Below, in pieces: positions 1 through 14,600 of a DNA stretch of 64,000 nt; the first letter of the stretch is position 1, and the number at the start of each line of letters is the position of its first letter. Where the stretch lies: positions 13,819,337-13,883,336 of the forward strand of contig CM082584.2 of assembly GCA_040954595.2 (NCBI GenBank), written 5' to 3'. Source of the stretch: Balanoglossus misakiensis. Taxonomy: Eukaryota; Animalia; Hemichordata. The notes beneath the pieces are model-generated. The model ran no database searches and had not been told where the DNA came from. It saw only the letters and a program-made list of their open reading frames with translations. Position numbers and translations under genes: made by a program.

Positions 1-508
1 GATTTTTCTCAATAAATACATTGTCATATCTGCTCGCATTTCACGTATATGTCGTTCACCGCGGTTGCGCCCTGCAAGCGTGTACTTGCGATTCTAAATG
101 TTCAAAAGAATTTTTTTTATAAAGAACATCTCAACTCAAGGTTACATTCTGTGATTTTTAGCATGAACTCCACATTACCCCTGTTTGTATGTGGAATGGT
201 CGGATCACTGAGTGTAAACAATAGGTTCATTCCAAGAGTCTGTGGTTTAATTGATTACCGTCCCTCTGGACTTGGTCTTCAGATAGTAACACTAGAAAAT
301 ATCCAGGAGTTTCAATGGTGCATGATGAAACAATTCAGAGTCTGCTGAGTCACATGACAGTATTTTTTAGTTTTTTTTTTCTCTGTGGAAATAAACTCAT
401 GTCGTACGTCAAATTAGGGCCATGGTTAACGCTCACGATAAACAAAAGTAAATTTCATTCAACCTCACACTCCTCCCCCACCCCGAAATGATACTTGGGA
501 AGTACATA

Positions 509-687
509 CAGTCAAACCTGTGTTAGTGACCACCTCTATATAGTGACCACCTCTATATAGTGGCCACTTAGTTACAGTCCCTGTACAATTTACATGTGTA
601 TAAATTAACCTGTCTATAAAGACCACCTGTCTATAAAGGCCAGTTTGGTAAAGTCCCTTGACTGGTCACTATAGACAGGTTTGACTG
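509..687. mobile_element. Tc1/mariner-pogo-like MITE
   Basis: TIR CAGTCAAACCTGT...ACAGGTTTGACTG flanked by TA on both sides (507-508, 688-689); internal GACCACCT subrepeats. Confidence 0.8.
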
Positions 688-769
688 TAGTATGAAAATA
701 TGATGGAAAATCCACAGACTAGTTAGTAGTTTTACAGAGCTCCACAGCCAGAAATGCAGTTCACAGTAT

Positions 770-1073
770 ACACATGATGACTGACAATGAGGGCAACAGT
801 GTATTTTGATGACCGAGGGTGCTGCTAGTCACAACTAAAACAGTCTTGTTTTCCCGAGGGCATAGCCCAAGGGAAAACAGACTGTTTTGGTGTGACTGGC
901 AGTCCCGAGGTCATTAAAAATACACTGTTGCCCGAATATGTCAGCCATCATGTGTTTTATAACACACCAAACCGATCGAATTGATGCCCAAGGCAACAGT
1001 TCGAAATGACTAAGGTCACGTGACGTCGTATTGACGAATCACGATCGAGGGTTCGCTGCATGGTGTGTTATAA
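770..1073. mobile_element. Double-palindrome non-autonomous element, family uncertain
   Basis: Long imperfect hairpin 770-955 (ACACATGATGACTGACA...TGTCAGCCATCATGTGT) centred on CCCGAGGGCATAGCCCAAGGG, followed by a second inverted pair TTATAACACACCA (957) ... TGGTGTGTTATAA (1073). Confidence 0.6.
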
Positions 1074-1958
1074 TATCAATTAGGCATTATTTAATAAAAA
1101 AGCAGAAATATCAGTAGGCACAAAAATCTAACCAACGCATGCATCATGCATGATTGATATTGCCTCTATTTTTTTCTGTCTGTCTGTCTATCAGGATTTA
1201 TTTACTCAGAAATTTATGCTAAATAGTCATCCTTTAAACCTGGCATAATTAGGCAAAGTACAATGATACACAATATGCACATCAATTTGTTTTGTGGTAC
1301 AAGACAATGTGGTAACCAGGTGGCCATATTGTTACATTTTTTTTTTCCCATATGGATAGCTAATGTTTTCTCCCTGGGCAACTCTATGAACATCGTTCAT
1401 ATGAACAGTTTACAATATTTTATTCACCAAGTTGGTCACTATTGTCCTGCAGTTAGTCAACTCAAGTGAATAAAACACAATGTACAAGCTCATAAAATAG
1501 GCGTAAAAGCTCTCTATCAGAGGAAAGGCCTATTGCCTTTGCCCGGCCGTAAAATATAAATCGTCCATATAGTGGGACTTGGGAATGAAAACGACTCCTG
1601 TTGTAAAATGTTATCGCCGTGCACACTAGGACGTGCAAGAAGGTAGACATTGTAATTTACTGTCAGAGGGCAGCAAGTCAAACTTAGATAGAGCTAGCAA
1701 TTACACGATCTCAGATGTATTTTTGCAGAGAAAACAACAAAAGTCACTTCAGACTGTCTGTATCTTCACATTTTAAGACCTTGCTTTCAAAATTGATGTT
1801 TATCAAATTATTTCTTCCATAAATCACCCTTTTTTATTGATACATTTTCTCTCTTGTAATCTAAATGAACCCCCTTGTCTGCACCGGTATGTCATAAATG
1901 AATGGTGTTTGTAGAATGAACTCAAGGGGGCGACATACTATGAATTTTAGGGGAGATC

Positions 1959-1980
1959 TAGAGAGAGAGAGAGAGAGAGA
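1959..1980. repeat. (GA)n microsatellite
   Basis: Direct reading. Confidence 0.9.
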
Positions 1981-2489
1981 AATATTCTAGTAAAGGGAGA
2001 GGGAGTCAGTTAAACCAGAGCAGATTTCATTAATTCTGTTTTGTCAGTTATACACTCTCTCATCACAAGTTATCACTGTTTTGTTTCCATTCATGTCCAG
2101 CAAGGGTGACATGTTACATTTAGCCTGGAGTATTGCACTGTAAATCTAGTTGTATCATTCATTACAGGCAAAATTAATGTGCTGTGCCAAACAGGGAATG
2201 TAAAACTTTGACAGATTGACTTGGCTGTAATTATCTGATGTCAAGCTGTGATGGGATGTCTCAGAGTGTATGTGATGCATTTTCAGCGTAGAGGGAACAA
2301 ATTAGGTGAACATACATAACAGTCAATGTTGACAGGATGTGTGTGTCCGTCTGTCTATCTGTCTGTCTGTCTGGCAGCATTGTTCTACAAACAAGACTGG
2401 AACCATCCTTGGTGACTTTGTGCTCCTCTGTAAATACAAAATTCCACCTGAATCTGAATTCTGAATCTCTGCATTTTTTCCCTTCCCAG

Positions 2490-5035
2490 GTTACCCGATG
2501 GTTTTACGCAACTACTGAATTTAACTCATCTGTACCTCAATGACACTTTCCTTGATTATTTACCTGCAAACTTTGGAAGACTTACCAAGCTCAGAATTTT
2601 AGAAATCCGTGAAAATCATCTTAAATCACTGCCAAAGTAAGTAGCCAGTCATTCAGTTGTGAGCGAAGCCATACTTGAAAGTCTGAAACTTTTATTCACA
2701 ATGTTCCTGAGGAAAATTCTGAGAACTCGCATTGAGGGATATGTGCAGAAATCTACAAACTATGAAACCTTTTACATTTCAGAAAATGAATCGCCTTTTA
2801 TGTGACACCATTTATGTTTTTATTTCAGGTCAATGTCAAGATTAACAGCTTTAGAAAGATTAGATTTGGGAAATAATTACTTTGAAGAACTGGTAAGTAT
2901 TTGGATGAATCTTTACGGTGTGTGTTTCCGAGACATTTGTATTAAAATGTCGCCCTCTGTGAGGAATCTTGTGAAAACTTTTGTTTTGTTTTGCTAAAGC
3001 ACTTTTAACAGTATCATTGAAAGCAAGTAAGTGAATGTACTACCAAAACATTTTGAAATCTCACATTTTCGCCATTATGACACATCTATATATTTCCATT
3101 TTATGTGTTTTTTTTCCCCAGCCTGAAGTAGTTGGTACTCTTATAAACTTAACAGAACTATGGGTGGATTCCAATGCTCTCGGTAAACTACCTCCAGTAA
3201 GTCTAAATATAGTTCTTATAATCAGGGAGATATGGGGAAGTGTGTCTGTGTGTGAGCATAATGCACGAAACCTAATTGTGGCATTATTTATTGACAGTTA
3301 TTCTTACACTGATATCCATGCAATGCTTTAAGCAATGACAACTCTATGACCCCTTTCCTTGAAAACATCAATTCTCAATAAGAAAAATTTGTCTCTCTCA
3401 CTGACAGTTTATTGGTAAGTTATCACAACTGCAGTATTTTGATGGATGTAAGAACAAAATCAAAGAGTTACCTGATGAGATGGGAGGGTTACTATCACTT
3501 ACAGATCTCCATCTCTCAACAAATAACCTCAGATCACTTCCAGAGACTGTAGGTAAGTTTGCATACTAAATCATTGTATTTAATTTATTAGTTTTACCAA
3601 AAATAACTATTTTGGTAGGAGAGTGCAATAGATTTTGGAAATAAAAATGTTGATTCGTGTTTGCTATTGATTATGTTGGACTAATTTTGTATAAATATCC
3701 AGCTACATGTATATGTGACATGATACAGGAATCTGTCACAATCACTTATTCCTTATACATAGTTCCTCTGTGGTTTGGCTGAGTGAGGTGAAACTTGGTA
3801 TAGTCAGATGGTATATAGCACAATCAGTTTGGCTCCAAAAAGCTGACATTTTTTCACTGTTTCATCTCACCAGGAAAGCTGAACAAACTGTCGACATTGA
3901 AAGTTGACGACAACCAGCTGCTTCAGTTGCCGTACACCATTGGGGGTCTGATCTCAATGGAGGAACTCATACTCAACATGAACGACTTGGAAGAACTGCC
4001 ACCCAGCATTGGCTTGCTGAGAAATATGAGGAATCTCAACGTAGATGATAACTTGCTTCAACAACTTCCTTCTGAGGTAAAGGTTAAAGGTCAGATGTCT
4101 GCATTGGCATACTCTGATTCAGAAGCTATACTTTCATACAAAGTAGCAAATAGGGTCATCTTTTGTTCACAATGATTTTTGAATAAAAACTGGATGATTT
4201 GTAATCAAGTACATTTTATAACAAAGTTTAAGTTGAATAATTGAGAGGAGCACTTTTGTATGCAAAAGATTGACATGAGAAAGTTTCCAATTTGGCAATC
4301 ATCTTTGTATGATTCATCATATCTACATAAAGCTTCAATACAGAAAAAAAAATTCTTTGGTCTCACGCAGTTTCTTAGCATGAGTGTCCAATGAATCACA
4401 ATTTTATGTATTTAAAAAAAATATGATTTAATGTTTCATGAAACCAGTTAATTTTATAGTGCCCCATCAAATGTTCATCTTTATTTTCTTGGCACTGTAG
4501 CTTGGTAGCTGTTCCAATATTCGTCTTCTATCTCTGAGAGCGAACAGACTTGAAGTGTTGCCGGACGAGTTGGGTAGGATACACCACCTGACTGTCATGA
4601 ACATTAGCAATAACCGACTCAAGTATCTACCGTTCAGTTTTACCAAACTGAAGAATTTACAGGCTTTATGGCTTTCAGACAACCAGGTGAGCTAAGTTTT
4701 ACCGTGAACCAAGAAAGTACATGCTCATGCATGGGGACCAAAAAAGATTTTTTTTTTTTTTGGGGGGGGGGGGGGAGAGGCTGAGCCTGTCACTACCTAT
4801 ACATTAATGTAGCTTCAACTGAGATTTTACAGTACTTGTAATACCATACTAACACTAGTCCCATAGTAAAAAGCACTGTCTGCAATTCCACCATAAAAAA
4901 TTAACCCATGCATTCTGTGTTATGTTTTTCAGTCCAAACCACTTATACCTCTACAAACTGATTGGGACGAGTTGTACAGACACAGAGTGTTGACTTGTTT
5001 CATGTTTCCACAGCAACCGCAACTTCCAGACGATG
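2490..5035 (+). CDS. ERBIN/LRRC7: LRR and LAPSD exon block of the LAP gene (7 exons)
   Basis: Repeated LxxLxLxxNxLxxLPxx(I/L)G pattern; ORF 3897..4175 overlaps exon 3874-4076; block ends WLSDNQ|SKPLIPLQ...FMFPQQP. Confidence 0.93.
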
Positions 5036-8000
5036 GTGAGTTGTCATGGTTACATGACACCCTTTTGAAGTCAAGAGTGCCTTGCAGTTTAAAAAAAAAA
5101 TACATGGGATTTTTTAGTAAAGACAAAAATCAGCAACATTCACTCTGTGTCTTGATAAGCAAATGCATGGTAAGAGAATTAGGAGATTATTTACAGGAAA
5201 ATTGTAACTGAAAAGCATATGCATCCAATATCCTGCCAAAGGTTCCCGGAGTTGTTGGTCACATTACCAAACATGTGTACTGCATTGATTTCTATTACTA
5301 AGGTTTCAATGAAATCCATGGCTATTTCTTTCTCTTGCCTGAATGACAGAACTCTACTACAGCGATGGAGACAGTTTCCATGCGTCGCAATGGGAAGAGG
5401 AAAGACAGACAAAGACTCAGATTGCGTTTGACGTCAAGGACTCAGACGTAGAGGTGGGTCGTAGCAACAATAACGTAAGTAATGTAGCAGTGCTGAGTAG
5501 TCCTGACTGCCTTGGCGATGTATTTCAGTGGATCTGGTAACCTAGAGTGATAGCATCACTTCCTTGGCAACTGTACTGACATCACTTCCTATGCACTAAC
5601 CATATTTACATGACAGTAGATTCTTATAAGTCTAACATTGGTGGCATGCTCTTGAAAGGGTAAGACTCATCAAACTGAATGAAAGTATTTGTGCACTGTT
5701 GCTCGGGTGAGTTTCTCAGTTATCCCTTTCTCTTTTCTAGGCTTACACTTTCTTTTGGAATGGCAATCTCACTAACATTGAAGTAATTGCAGTTGTCAAG
5801 CCTGCTTTCTTAAATTTGAGAAAACACTGAAACAGTAATAGAAGTGTACATTTCACTAACCAACAAGATGCAAAAAAAAGCAGCATGAACTACTGTATGC
5901 ATGCTGGTGATGCGGCGTAGTACTTTGCATGACAGCATGTAAGATCCACTGCAGTACATCAACAAGTCTGCTGGACCTGTTGAGTGTTGTCATTGTGATT
6001 GCACATACATATGTGTACCTGAGATTTGTCTGTGACACGGATTGATTTCGTTAAAGCAAATGGTTGTAAAATCTTTTGAAGGCTGATGATGATCACGAGT
6101 TTCAAAAGTGAAAATGGGTTTGTGAGCAGGAAAGCAATCTAATTGGCCATTTTCACTGCCTGTGCATGACCTTACATCCTGGTATATAGTGAGTCCCCAG
6201 TTTAATATTTGATTCCTATGCCTTTGGATGTGTGTATTGATTTATTACTCTACCTTGTCTTGAAACATAAAAGCCCATTTTGGTTGGCTCAGCAAAGCCA
6301 CTTACAAAAATACCAGAATGTTAGGTCGTACAGGGGTCATCAAAGTGGCAACTGGCATAGATAACAGTCCTACGTTTGTGTTTTACAGTTACTGAAATTG
6401 AATAACAAATATGAAAAAAATCGTACATACACCTGATTTTGATTACAAACATATAATGTTTAAAACAGCAGACATATTTTCATAGAGTTGGTTGTAAAAA
6501 AAATTCTTTGTTGTTTCTTTCCAATAGCGATCATACAAGAGGTCACCGACCCCATACCCAAAAGAGGCATACAAAAGTAAGAAGCATGTACCACGAGCAA
6601 ACGGGGACATCCGAGAAACAACAAATTCAGAAGATTACTCACCCAATGTAAGTATATTCTTGTCCAGAAAATCTGGCCTTGGACCAAGTGGTGTCTTTTG
6701 TCAAATTTTGACATTTTACAAATATTCTTTTTATATTTATATTTATTTTTGGTAGGAGATATGATCACCTATATTTTGATTTATTTCTTGTTACCTTTCA
6801 GTCGCACAGGCTTAGTTCCCATGAGATGTCGCTGGGTCCTGACATCCAGATTCGGGAGGCTAAGGTGACCAAACCGAGCAAACCCTCATCTCCACTCCAT
6901 GACAGACACTACCTGTACAAAGCTGACAAAGTGAGTAAAGAAGTTATCATAAAAATCTTCAAATGGTTCTTCAAGTCATTTGCATGAATAAGAAATGCCA
7001 GGATGTAAGGTCACAAAGTATCATTTGTTGGATCAGTTGAACGTTAAAATCAAGCGATATACCAAACTTTTGCTATTGAATCTAGAAAAAACTTGCCAAA
7101 GACAAAGCCAGGATTCGAAGAAACTCAAGGGACAGTACAGGAACTGATGGTGAGAGTGACTCGTCTCCATCCAGAAGTCTATTGAGCAGCCCCAACTCAT
7201 CGCCAACCAGAAAACATGCAGCGGTAAGGATCAACTTTGAACCTCACTGTTTGTTTCGAGCCTTTGTCTCTGTTATCATCTGTGAAGTTCACTGAGCACT
7301 ATAAAAAATGGACAGTTTTGAAATTAATAATGAAGGTGGACTTGCCCACCAGAAATAACCTTGAGAAAAATCAAAGTCAGTCATTCTCCAAAAATTATGT
7401 AGAATCAGGAAAAACAGCGAAGTTTTAGACTAATTGTGAAGGACATTGCTCATGAACAGTGCATGGAGACTGTAGTAAAGTTGTTTCATGTCTGTAGTTA
7501 ATTTGTCTCATGTCTGAGTATTTTCTTTGCGAACCTAGACCATGAACAGCATTGGACATATGAATGAGTCCAAAGAAGACATTATGGTGGCACCTAAACA
7601 ACCAGTTGTTACAGCGCCACCACTGAGAGACAGTCCAAGTCCAGACAGTGGGAAAGGGAGTCCGGGTGAAAGGTCACCACTGACGTCAACATCGCCAATG
7701 GACAGCAGCCCAATCAGAACAATGCCTGATGGCTGTCCGGTGCGTAGTGTGCCAGACGGCGCATCGGCTAAACCACAGACCAGTCCGTCAAAGGTGCTGC
7801 CTCCACCAAATGGAAGTCCTGCCAAGACTTCGCCCCTACACGAAGAAAATGTGCCTTCAACTTTACCTCTGAGTGGGAGTCCGGTCAGGTCCCCTGGCAA
7901 AGCCGTGTCCAGCACTCTGCCTCCTCCTAGCAGGAGCCCAACGCGTGCATTGCCAAGTTACGAGGAGACAGTTGCTAAGAGACTGGACTCCCCAAAGAAA

Positions 8001-11000
8001 ACAAAAGAACCTCTGTTATCGTCTGCCTCGCAAAAGATCCTTAACACTGACATGCATGACTCTCAGAGAGACGAAATGCCAGAACGGCCTCAAACGCTGG
8101 ATATTGTAAACAGGAACGACCACTCAAACAATAAAATACAACACGAGAAAAATATCAGGTCTGTCTCTCCAGACAGTAATTACAGGACTAACATTGCAAA
8201 TCAAGAAAATGATTCCAGGACTAGCACACTGGAGAGAACTGTCCCGGGAAGTGATGCAAAGAGTCCAGACAGTCCGGACTTCCAGGTCAATAGCTATGCA
8301 GAGACATATCTCAAAGACAGGCCTCTACCTAACTACCCGGACAGGAAACTCGGAGTGAAGCCGTTCCCTCCTCCGCCAAACTATTACAATTCCGTGGATG
8401 GGAAGAGAAACTCTCCCCGTAACAAAATGTCAGGATATGCCAGTGACTCAAGAACCGGGTACGGAAGTGACTGGGAGAAATCCAGGCACTCGCAGAAACA
8501 GCCAGGATACATTGAGCGAGACAGGACTGGTTATTTCAGTGATAGGGAAAGGGGATACAACAGCGATTGGGAACGCTCTGGGTATTACAGCGACAGAGAG
8601 AAGCCTGGATATGCCAGTGATCGCGAAAGAATTGCTTATTATAACGAGCGGGAGAGGCATCGCTACCATGGCAACAGGTCGGGTTACTTCAGTGAGAAGG
8701 AAAGCCCGACGGGTTACTACAGTGACAGAGAAGGCCGTTCTGGTTATTACAGTGACAGGGAGATGGGGAGGCCCTCCGGTTACTCAAGTGACCGGGAAAG
8801 GCCTGCATACAGGGAACCCAGGAACGGGCATCATTTGGCCCACACCCAGAACTCGCCCCAGCATGGGAGTCCTATTAGGAACTATGGTCAAATCTTGAAC
8901 AGACTTGATAATGTGAGAATGAAGACAAGGCCTCTGCAGCCAGAGTCACCGTTGGCCAGAAGACGTGACCCAAATGGCCAGCCGCAGATCCCGAGCTATG
9001 AACAGGCCATGAAAGCGCGAGTCAACAACTCCCCAGGGGATTGGAGACAACAGATACTGGTGGCACATGTTGACAAAAAGAACGAGTATTCACATCAGGT
9101 GAGAAAGGTTGACAGTTATGACCCATGTGGATCAAATCAAACGCAACAACAAACTGAATACTTTCTTCTTTATCAGACTTAAACAGGTGTACATGTACCA
9201 TGAACATTGCAGATTTGTTCAACTATTAATTTGCTGTAATTCTAGACAAAAGCAATAACTATATCTCCACTTCACTGAGGGAAATTTTCATCAAACTAAC
9301 ACGTTGCTATATAATTGTACGAACCTTGTGCAGTCTTCAGAAAGTTCCATTCTGGATTTAAATGAATTTTGTTCTCCTGAAATTGATTGAAAAAGGAATG
9401 TACAATGTATGTCTGCAGAAGTTAGACAGCATTCAGCTATAACAACTGGCTGAGAGTGATCAAATAATTGGTACTGGCTGCATAATAGTTCATTAAATTA
9501 ATCTTCTTCACTTATTTTGTCATATTTGGCCTTCGCTTTGTAACACAGATATAAAAGGCAGTTCGCAAAAATTTGGGAAGGAGATGCGAGATACTGCAGT
9601 TAAAAATCAACTTGAGTAGCAAATAGGAAGTTGATTACCATCTGACCAATCGTCAGGTCACAAATTTGATCAATGTCATGTTTTGATTCCACTCACCAGG
9701 ATCCAGGCAGACAGTCTTCACCATCTAGACTACATGAAGTGCAAGCGTACAGGAATGACCTTAGACTCAGAATGATGAAACAGAGGCATCTCTTAGATGT
9801 ACGTATAAAAATTAGTTTTAAATGCATTCTAAGTGCCATTCAGCATTTAAGTTTCATACAAGGTTTTAAATTTTGGTTGTAATTGGGGTTTTTGGTTTGT
9901 AGTCTGCACCTACTGAATTCTTCTATCAATTAACATTTTAGGATGGTTTGAGTGAGCCAGGCAGTGATGATGTGTTCAGTCAATCACCACACTCGTCTAT
10001 ATACAGCAGAAGTAGTCCTCAGCCGCAAGTGTATCCAGGTAAGAACAGACACATGCTAGTCTGAACTGCATGAATGATGATGATAAAAAAGGAGAAATAT
10101 AATTTCCCCTCATGTTGTCTTTTTCTTTTCTCTCTTGCTTTGGAATCTGTCCGATATGATACAATTTAGTCCGTGTTGGTCAAAAACTGTATTTTGAAAT
10201 ATGAATTTATTTAGCACACTTTACAATCACCATCATAGTTTGGTCCAACTCAGCTATTGTTATACTCTATTTTGCCTTTCTTTCTTTTATAAAATAACAT
10301 TAACTCAATTGTCATTTTAGGTGAAGGAAGTCCCAGGCCTGGAAGGAGAATGTCACCATCGCCAACAGTGCATACAGCACCAGGAAGACCTCAGCCTATA
10401 ATTGGAGAGAGGAGCCCCAGACAGTCACCCAGACTGCTGTCAAAACAGAACAATTGTGTAAGTGATGATACCAGTCTTGGCTAATGCTATTCTGTGAAAT
10501 CATTGTGTACTTTTCTGAGTTGTAATTAGCTTTCATTTGCATACATTAAAGTGGAGTGGTCGTCGCGCCGCATTGGTGTCCCCCTTGATGAGAATATGTC
10601 CCAGAATGCCTCACTAAAAATGGCTGCTGCATTGTATGGATGATAGTTCAGTGAGTTTTACTTATAGTACAATTCGAACTTTAATGGCGACAGTACATGT
10701 TTTGTGACAGAGAGGGTGGTGTCATCAGGAGGACTGACATGAGACAGGACTGACATGAGATGACATTATGATAGTGATAGTACAAGCGTCATATTGTCAG
10801 AAGGACAGCCACATCTGAACCATTTGGACCCCTGACCGTATAAATCCAAGTCACACCCAAGATGCAATGTCTTTTTTATAACAGCGTGATCTAAAGACTG
10901 TCATATCAATATGTATCAGGCTAATGTGGTGATTTCTGTCAGTATCACAAGATTTACCATTGCAAGTGCATGTGTATATCTCATGGGATAAAATGTTTAA

Positions 11001-11653
11001 CACAAAAAAATACATCCTGTCCTTTTGATCAACCTCACTTCAGATAATATCATCCCTTTCATTATCTGTGGTGACTCCATTGCGCTGTTATTTTATGAAT
11101 TGTTTCCCACTTCAGTGCTGTTCATGAAGGATATCATTTATATCACAACAAGACAATCCCAATTTTGTTCATTTCCATTCCAATCCAGAATATCGAACTT
11201 TTGTATCAATGATGTATTACAAGTGTAAATACCTTCTTCTGCTTCAACAGAAAACACTGGAATTTGTGATATCCAAAAATCCAGGTCTGGGCTTCAGTAT
11301 AGCTGGTGGCTATGGATCACAGGGGAATCCCTTCAAACCAAACGACATGGTAAGTTACAAAGTCAGTGCTCTGTACCATCTTGATTGATATTTTCCTACT
11401 ATTCTATGTGTTTAGATTGCTAGAAGTATCATCTTGATTTTGAATGACACAGTACCCATCTTTTCCTTTTTCCAAGGGAATCTTTGTGACCAGGATTCAA
11501 CCGGAAGGTCCTGCAGCAGGGCTGATTCATCCTGGAGACAAGATCTTGGAAGTCAATGGTACTGACTTTACAGACATCGCTCATCAGGAAGCCGTGGCCA
11601 TTCTGAAAAACAATAACCCGGTAACCCTAACAGTTCACCGCGAGGATAGGTAG
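2490..11653 (+). CDS. ERBIN/LRRC7: LAP family protein (LRR + LAPSD + single C-terminal PDZ), Erbin/Densin-180 type; 5'-incomplete, spliced
   Basis: Phase-compatible GT-AG exons: 2490-2636, 2829-2892, 3122-3196, 3408-3552, 3874-4076, 4501-4686, 4933-5035, 5350-5474, 6528-6647, 6802-6930, 7086-7223, 7539-9098, 9700-9798, 9942-10038, 10321-10457, 11251-11349, 11477-11653 (TAG). Peptides [77 protein letters not shown] and [38 protein letters not shown] closely follow Erbin/Densin as I recall them. Confidence 0.93.
7539..9098 (+). CDS. ERBIN/LRRC7: Large internal exon of the LAP gene; disordered Ser/Pro-rich linker with GYxSDRE repeats
   Basis: Acceptor cctag ends 7538, donor CAG|gtgaga at 9099; lies within the 546-aa ORF; phase 0-0 matches neighbouring exons. 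Confidence 0.88.
11251..11653 (+). CDS. ERBIN/LRRC7: PDZ-domain exons (11251-11349, 11477-11653) of the LAP gene
   Basis: GLGF loop ([12 protein letters not shown]), [28 protein letters not shown], stop TAG ending 11653. Confidence 0.93.
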
Positions 11654-14600
11654 AGTTGGATGCCCACGTCCAGAAATACTGTGTATTGCCAGGAGGTGTA
11701 CCAGATGAAAGACTCCAGGCAAACTGAACAGTGCTGATACTTGATTTTCTTGTTACAAGATATGTATGCTAAATCGTGTAAGTGCAACTTCAGTTCAGAA
11801 GAAGAGTACATTTTGAATCTTTCCATGCAACAGTCTTTATGGTTTAGTCAATTTTTTGCAGCTTAATTACCCCCAACACTGATTGACACCTACATTGATA
11901 AAGGACACTTCCCAAATGTTCTAATCAAATATCTAAGTCAGTGGGTACATCCACTGTATGCTTCCAAGCACAATTATCTCTTATGTGTATGCTGAACTAT
12001 TCTGAAGTCACCTGTTCAAAAAAGTAGGGAAGAGAAATGATAATTCAGGGATGTCTTTGATGTTAGTCATTAGAGACTAAATGAAATCACATGGCTGGTT
12101 CACCATGCCTGTGCGTTACTGTGTTTGTATTTATTACCGTGGTAACTATTCCAGACAGTGAGTGCAAAGGTCAATGTTTATTTGTTTCTGGATATTCAGA
12201 AATGCAGTTTCTTGAAAGGCACAATTTTGGTGATCACAGCGTTGAAATAGTTTTCCTTGAACAGGTTATGTGAATTTGACAGGAAAAAATCAGTCTACAA
12301 GAGTTTTGTGTCTTTGAGTACCAATCTTGTAGTTGTATTCAGTGTGTTTGTGTAGGAAAACTTTACCACAGACTTGGAAAGAGTTTTCGTATGGTTTATC
12401 ATCCAAGATCGTGTGTATACAATATTGGTGTTTTAGAGGTACTTTTGTATATATGAATCGAACAATCAGTGTGCAAAAATGAACAGAATGATCTCTTAAA
12501 CTTCTGAAAAATACCTGTCAAAGCTGAGAGGATGGGTACATCATGAATGTCTTTGGGTTAGATTGTAAAGAGAATAGAACTGCCTTCCCAAATATCTTAC
12601 CAAGTGAAGAGAATTTGAAAGAGTTATGTGTTTTTTTCTGGATGCAACACCCTGGTCACTTCTGTTATGTCTTGGACGTTATCAAAATGAACCCAAACAT
12701 GTTATTTTCAATATTTCATAAAGTTAAGTGTAACTATGTACTAAAGTTAGGTGTATTTTCCCTACCTATTCTAAACAAATGAAAACCCTTTTTCTACATG
12801 AAATTTTGTATTCAAGTACCCCGTAGAAACTTAAATGCTTAAATATGCAAAAATCATCAATAGTTTGGTTGCCTCAGCCAAACTAAATTTGATGGTTTTC
12901 TCTCAAAACTTGCCTTAACATATCAAAATAAGAGAAGACCAGCACTTTATAATTATTTATTAAAATTATGCAATTAAAGGCAGAAGACTGACTTTTGATA
13001 AAATGGGATCATGTTTTCTTCTTAGATGGATTGACCCTATTATATAATGTGGGCTGTATTAAAAATCTGTGGAAAAATGGGGGTGGACAGGAGTGTTGTT
13101 ATCAGTGAAAGGGCATGAATGGTCAAGTTTTTTTTTTTTTTGCAATACAAACCTAAAACCACCGCCTGTGCATTTCTCTACATGACACATCTGCCTTTTC
13201 AAGTGTTCAACATTTGCAAAGAACTATTTTCTACTCTGAATCAATGCAACACTTCCAGTCTTTTGATAATTGCCATGGTGACACATTTGGTGTCAAATAC
13301 ATCTATTCAAAAATAATTTGACTTCAGACATTTATTTAAGATGTTTAATTTTGTTAATCGAGTGACAAAAGAGAGTCTTCACTTCACTCGTGATCCCTAG
13401 GCCTTGCTAATGTGTAACTAATCAACTTCAAAACCGATGCAATCAACAACAAGACGTCAAATCTCTGCAAGGACCGATTGGCCAACATCACTTTTGTACT
13501 AGTTTTGTCAATTTTTAACAGAAACGTCTCTAACTTTTGTAATTCCTTTTTATATCCTTTTTTTGAAAAAAATAAATAAATACTACTGTCAGTGTGGGGT
13601 TCACACTTTCAAACTTACCATTGAAAAATTAAAACTATTTTTGAAAAAAACGGAAAAAGTACATTCTATGCATAGTGCTGGTTGACTGTTAATCCTCGCA
13701 TATGCCGAATTGTGCAAATCTACAATCATGTACCTTGGAGTGAGCCATTGCCACTTAAATAAAACTTATGCCAGAACTTGTATTCACTGAAAATGAGAAG
13801 AACACAGCAATACACTCACGGAGTTAAATGAAGTTGATAGATCACCATAAACATTTAAAATGAAGAAGTTTTGAGTCTGAAATCCAAAACAGGTTTGTTT
13901 AGGCAACGTTTGCATTTGGCTACCAGGAAGATGAAGACATTTCATAAAGAAATTGAACTTACAGCCTCCATATTACCATAACCATAGTGGTGTGGCCACT
14001 ATATGCAAGACTTATTATGCACACAGATCAGTATAGTCTTTTTCAGTATAGTGATGTCAAAGGCCGAAAACTCCCAGTCAATATATCTCCTAATTCACAA
14101 AGAGTAATAAGTATATTTGATGATTTTTGTGGTATGTATGGTGACCCGGGCAGAACGAAAAGTGTGGAAAAATAAAGAGTCATCACTTTTTCTAAAAATG
14201 TTTTTATTTTAATTTCGCACAAATACATCTTTGGTTTATTTCAATCACTTCCCATACTCATTAAAATTACTCAGAAAATTTGACAGCAAATGATTTTCCC
14301 CAATGTTTTCAAAAAATTCTCAGTGCAAGGAATGAGTCAGAAGCAGGGCACTTGAGATGCCTTTGCCTTTCTAAAAGTTGGTCTTTCTGTTTAAAAAAGT
14401 ACTCTCACATTATTTCTATATGTTTACTGTTCCAGTTAATGTGCATGTAGCTCTGAAAAAGTGAAGTAGAATTCCACCCTGTGTGCTGTTCCATTTAATG
14501 AACGCACAGCCCTGGGAAACCAAGTAGAACCTAACCTACGCATGTGTTACCGGTAATGTAGTTGCACAATCTGGGATGCAGAATTTTTGTTAACTTATTT

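Noticed and set aside
7535-8898. Antisense and alternate-frame ORFs over the LAP large exon (similarly 28792-30264 over Dab)
   Set aside because: Shadows of GC-richer coding exons with no independent similarity
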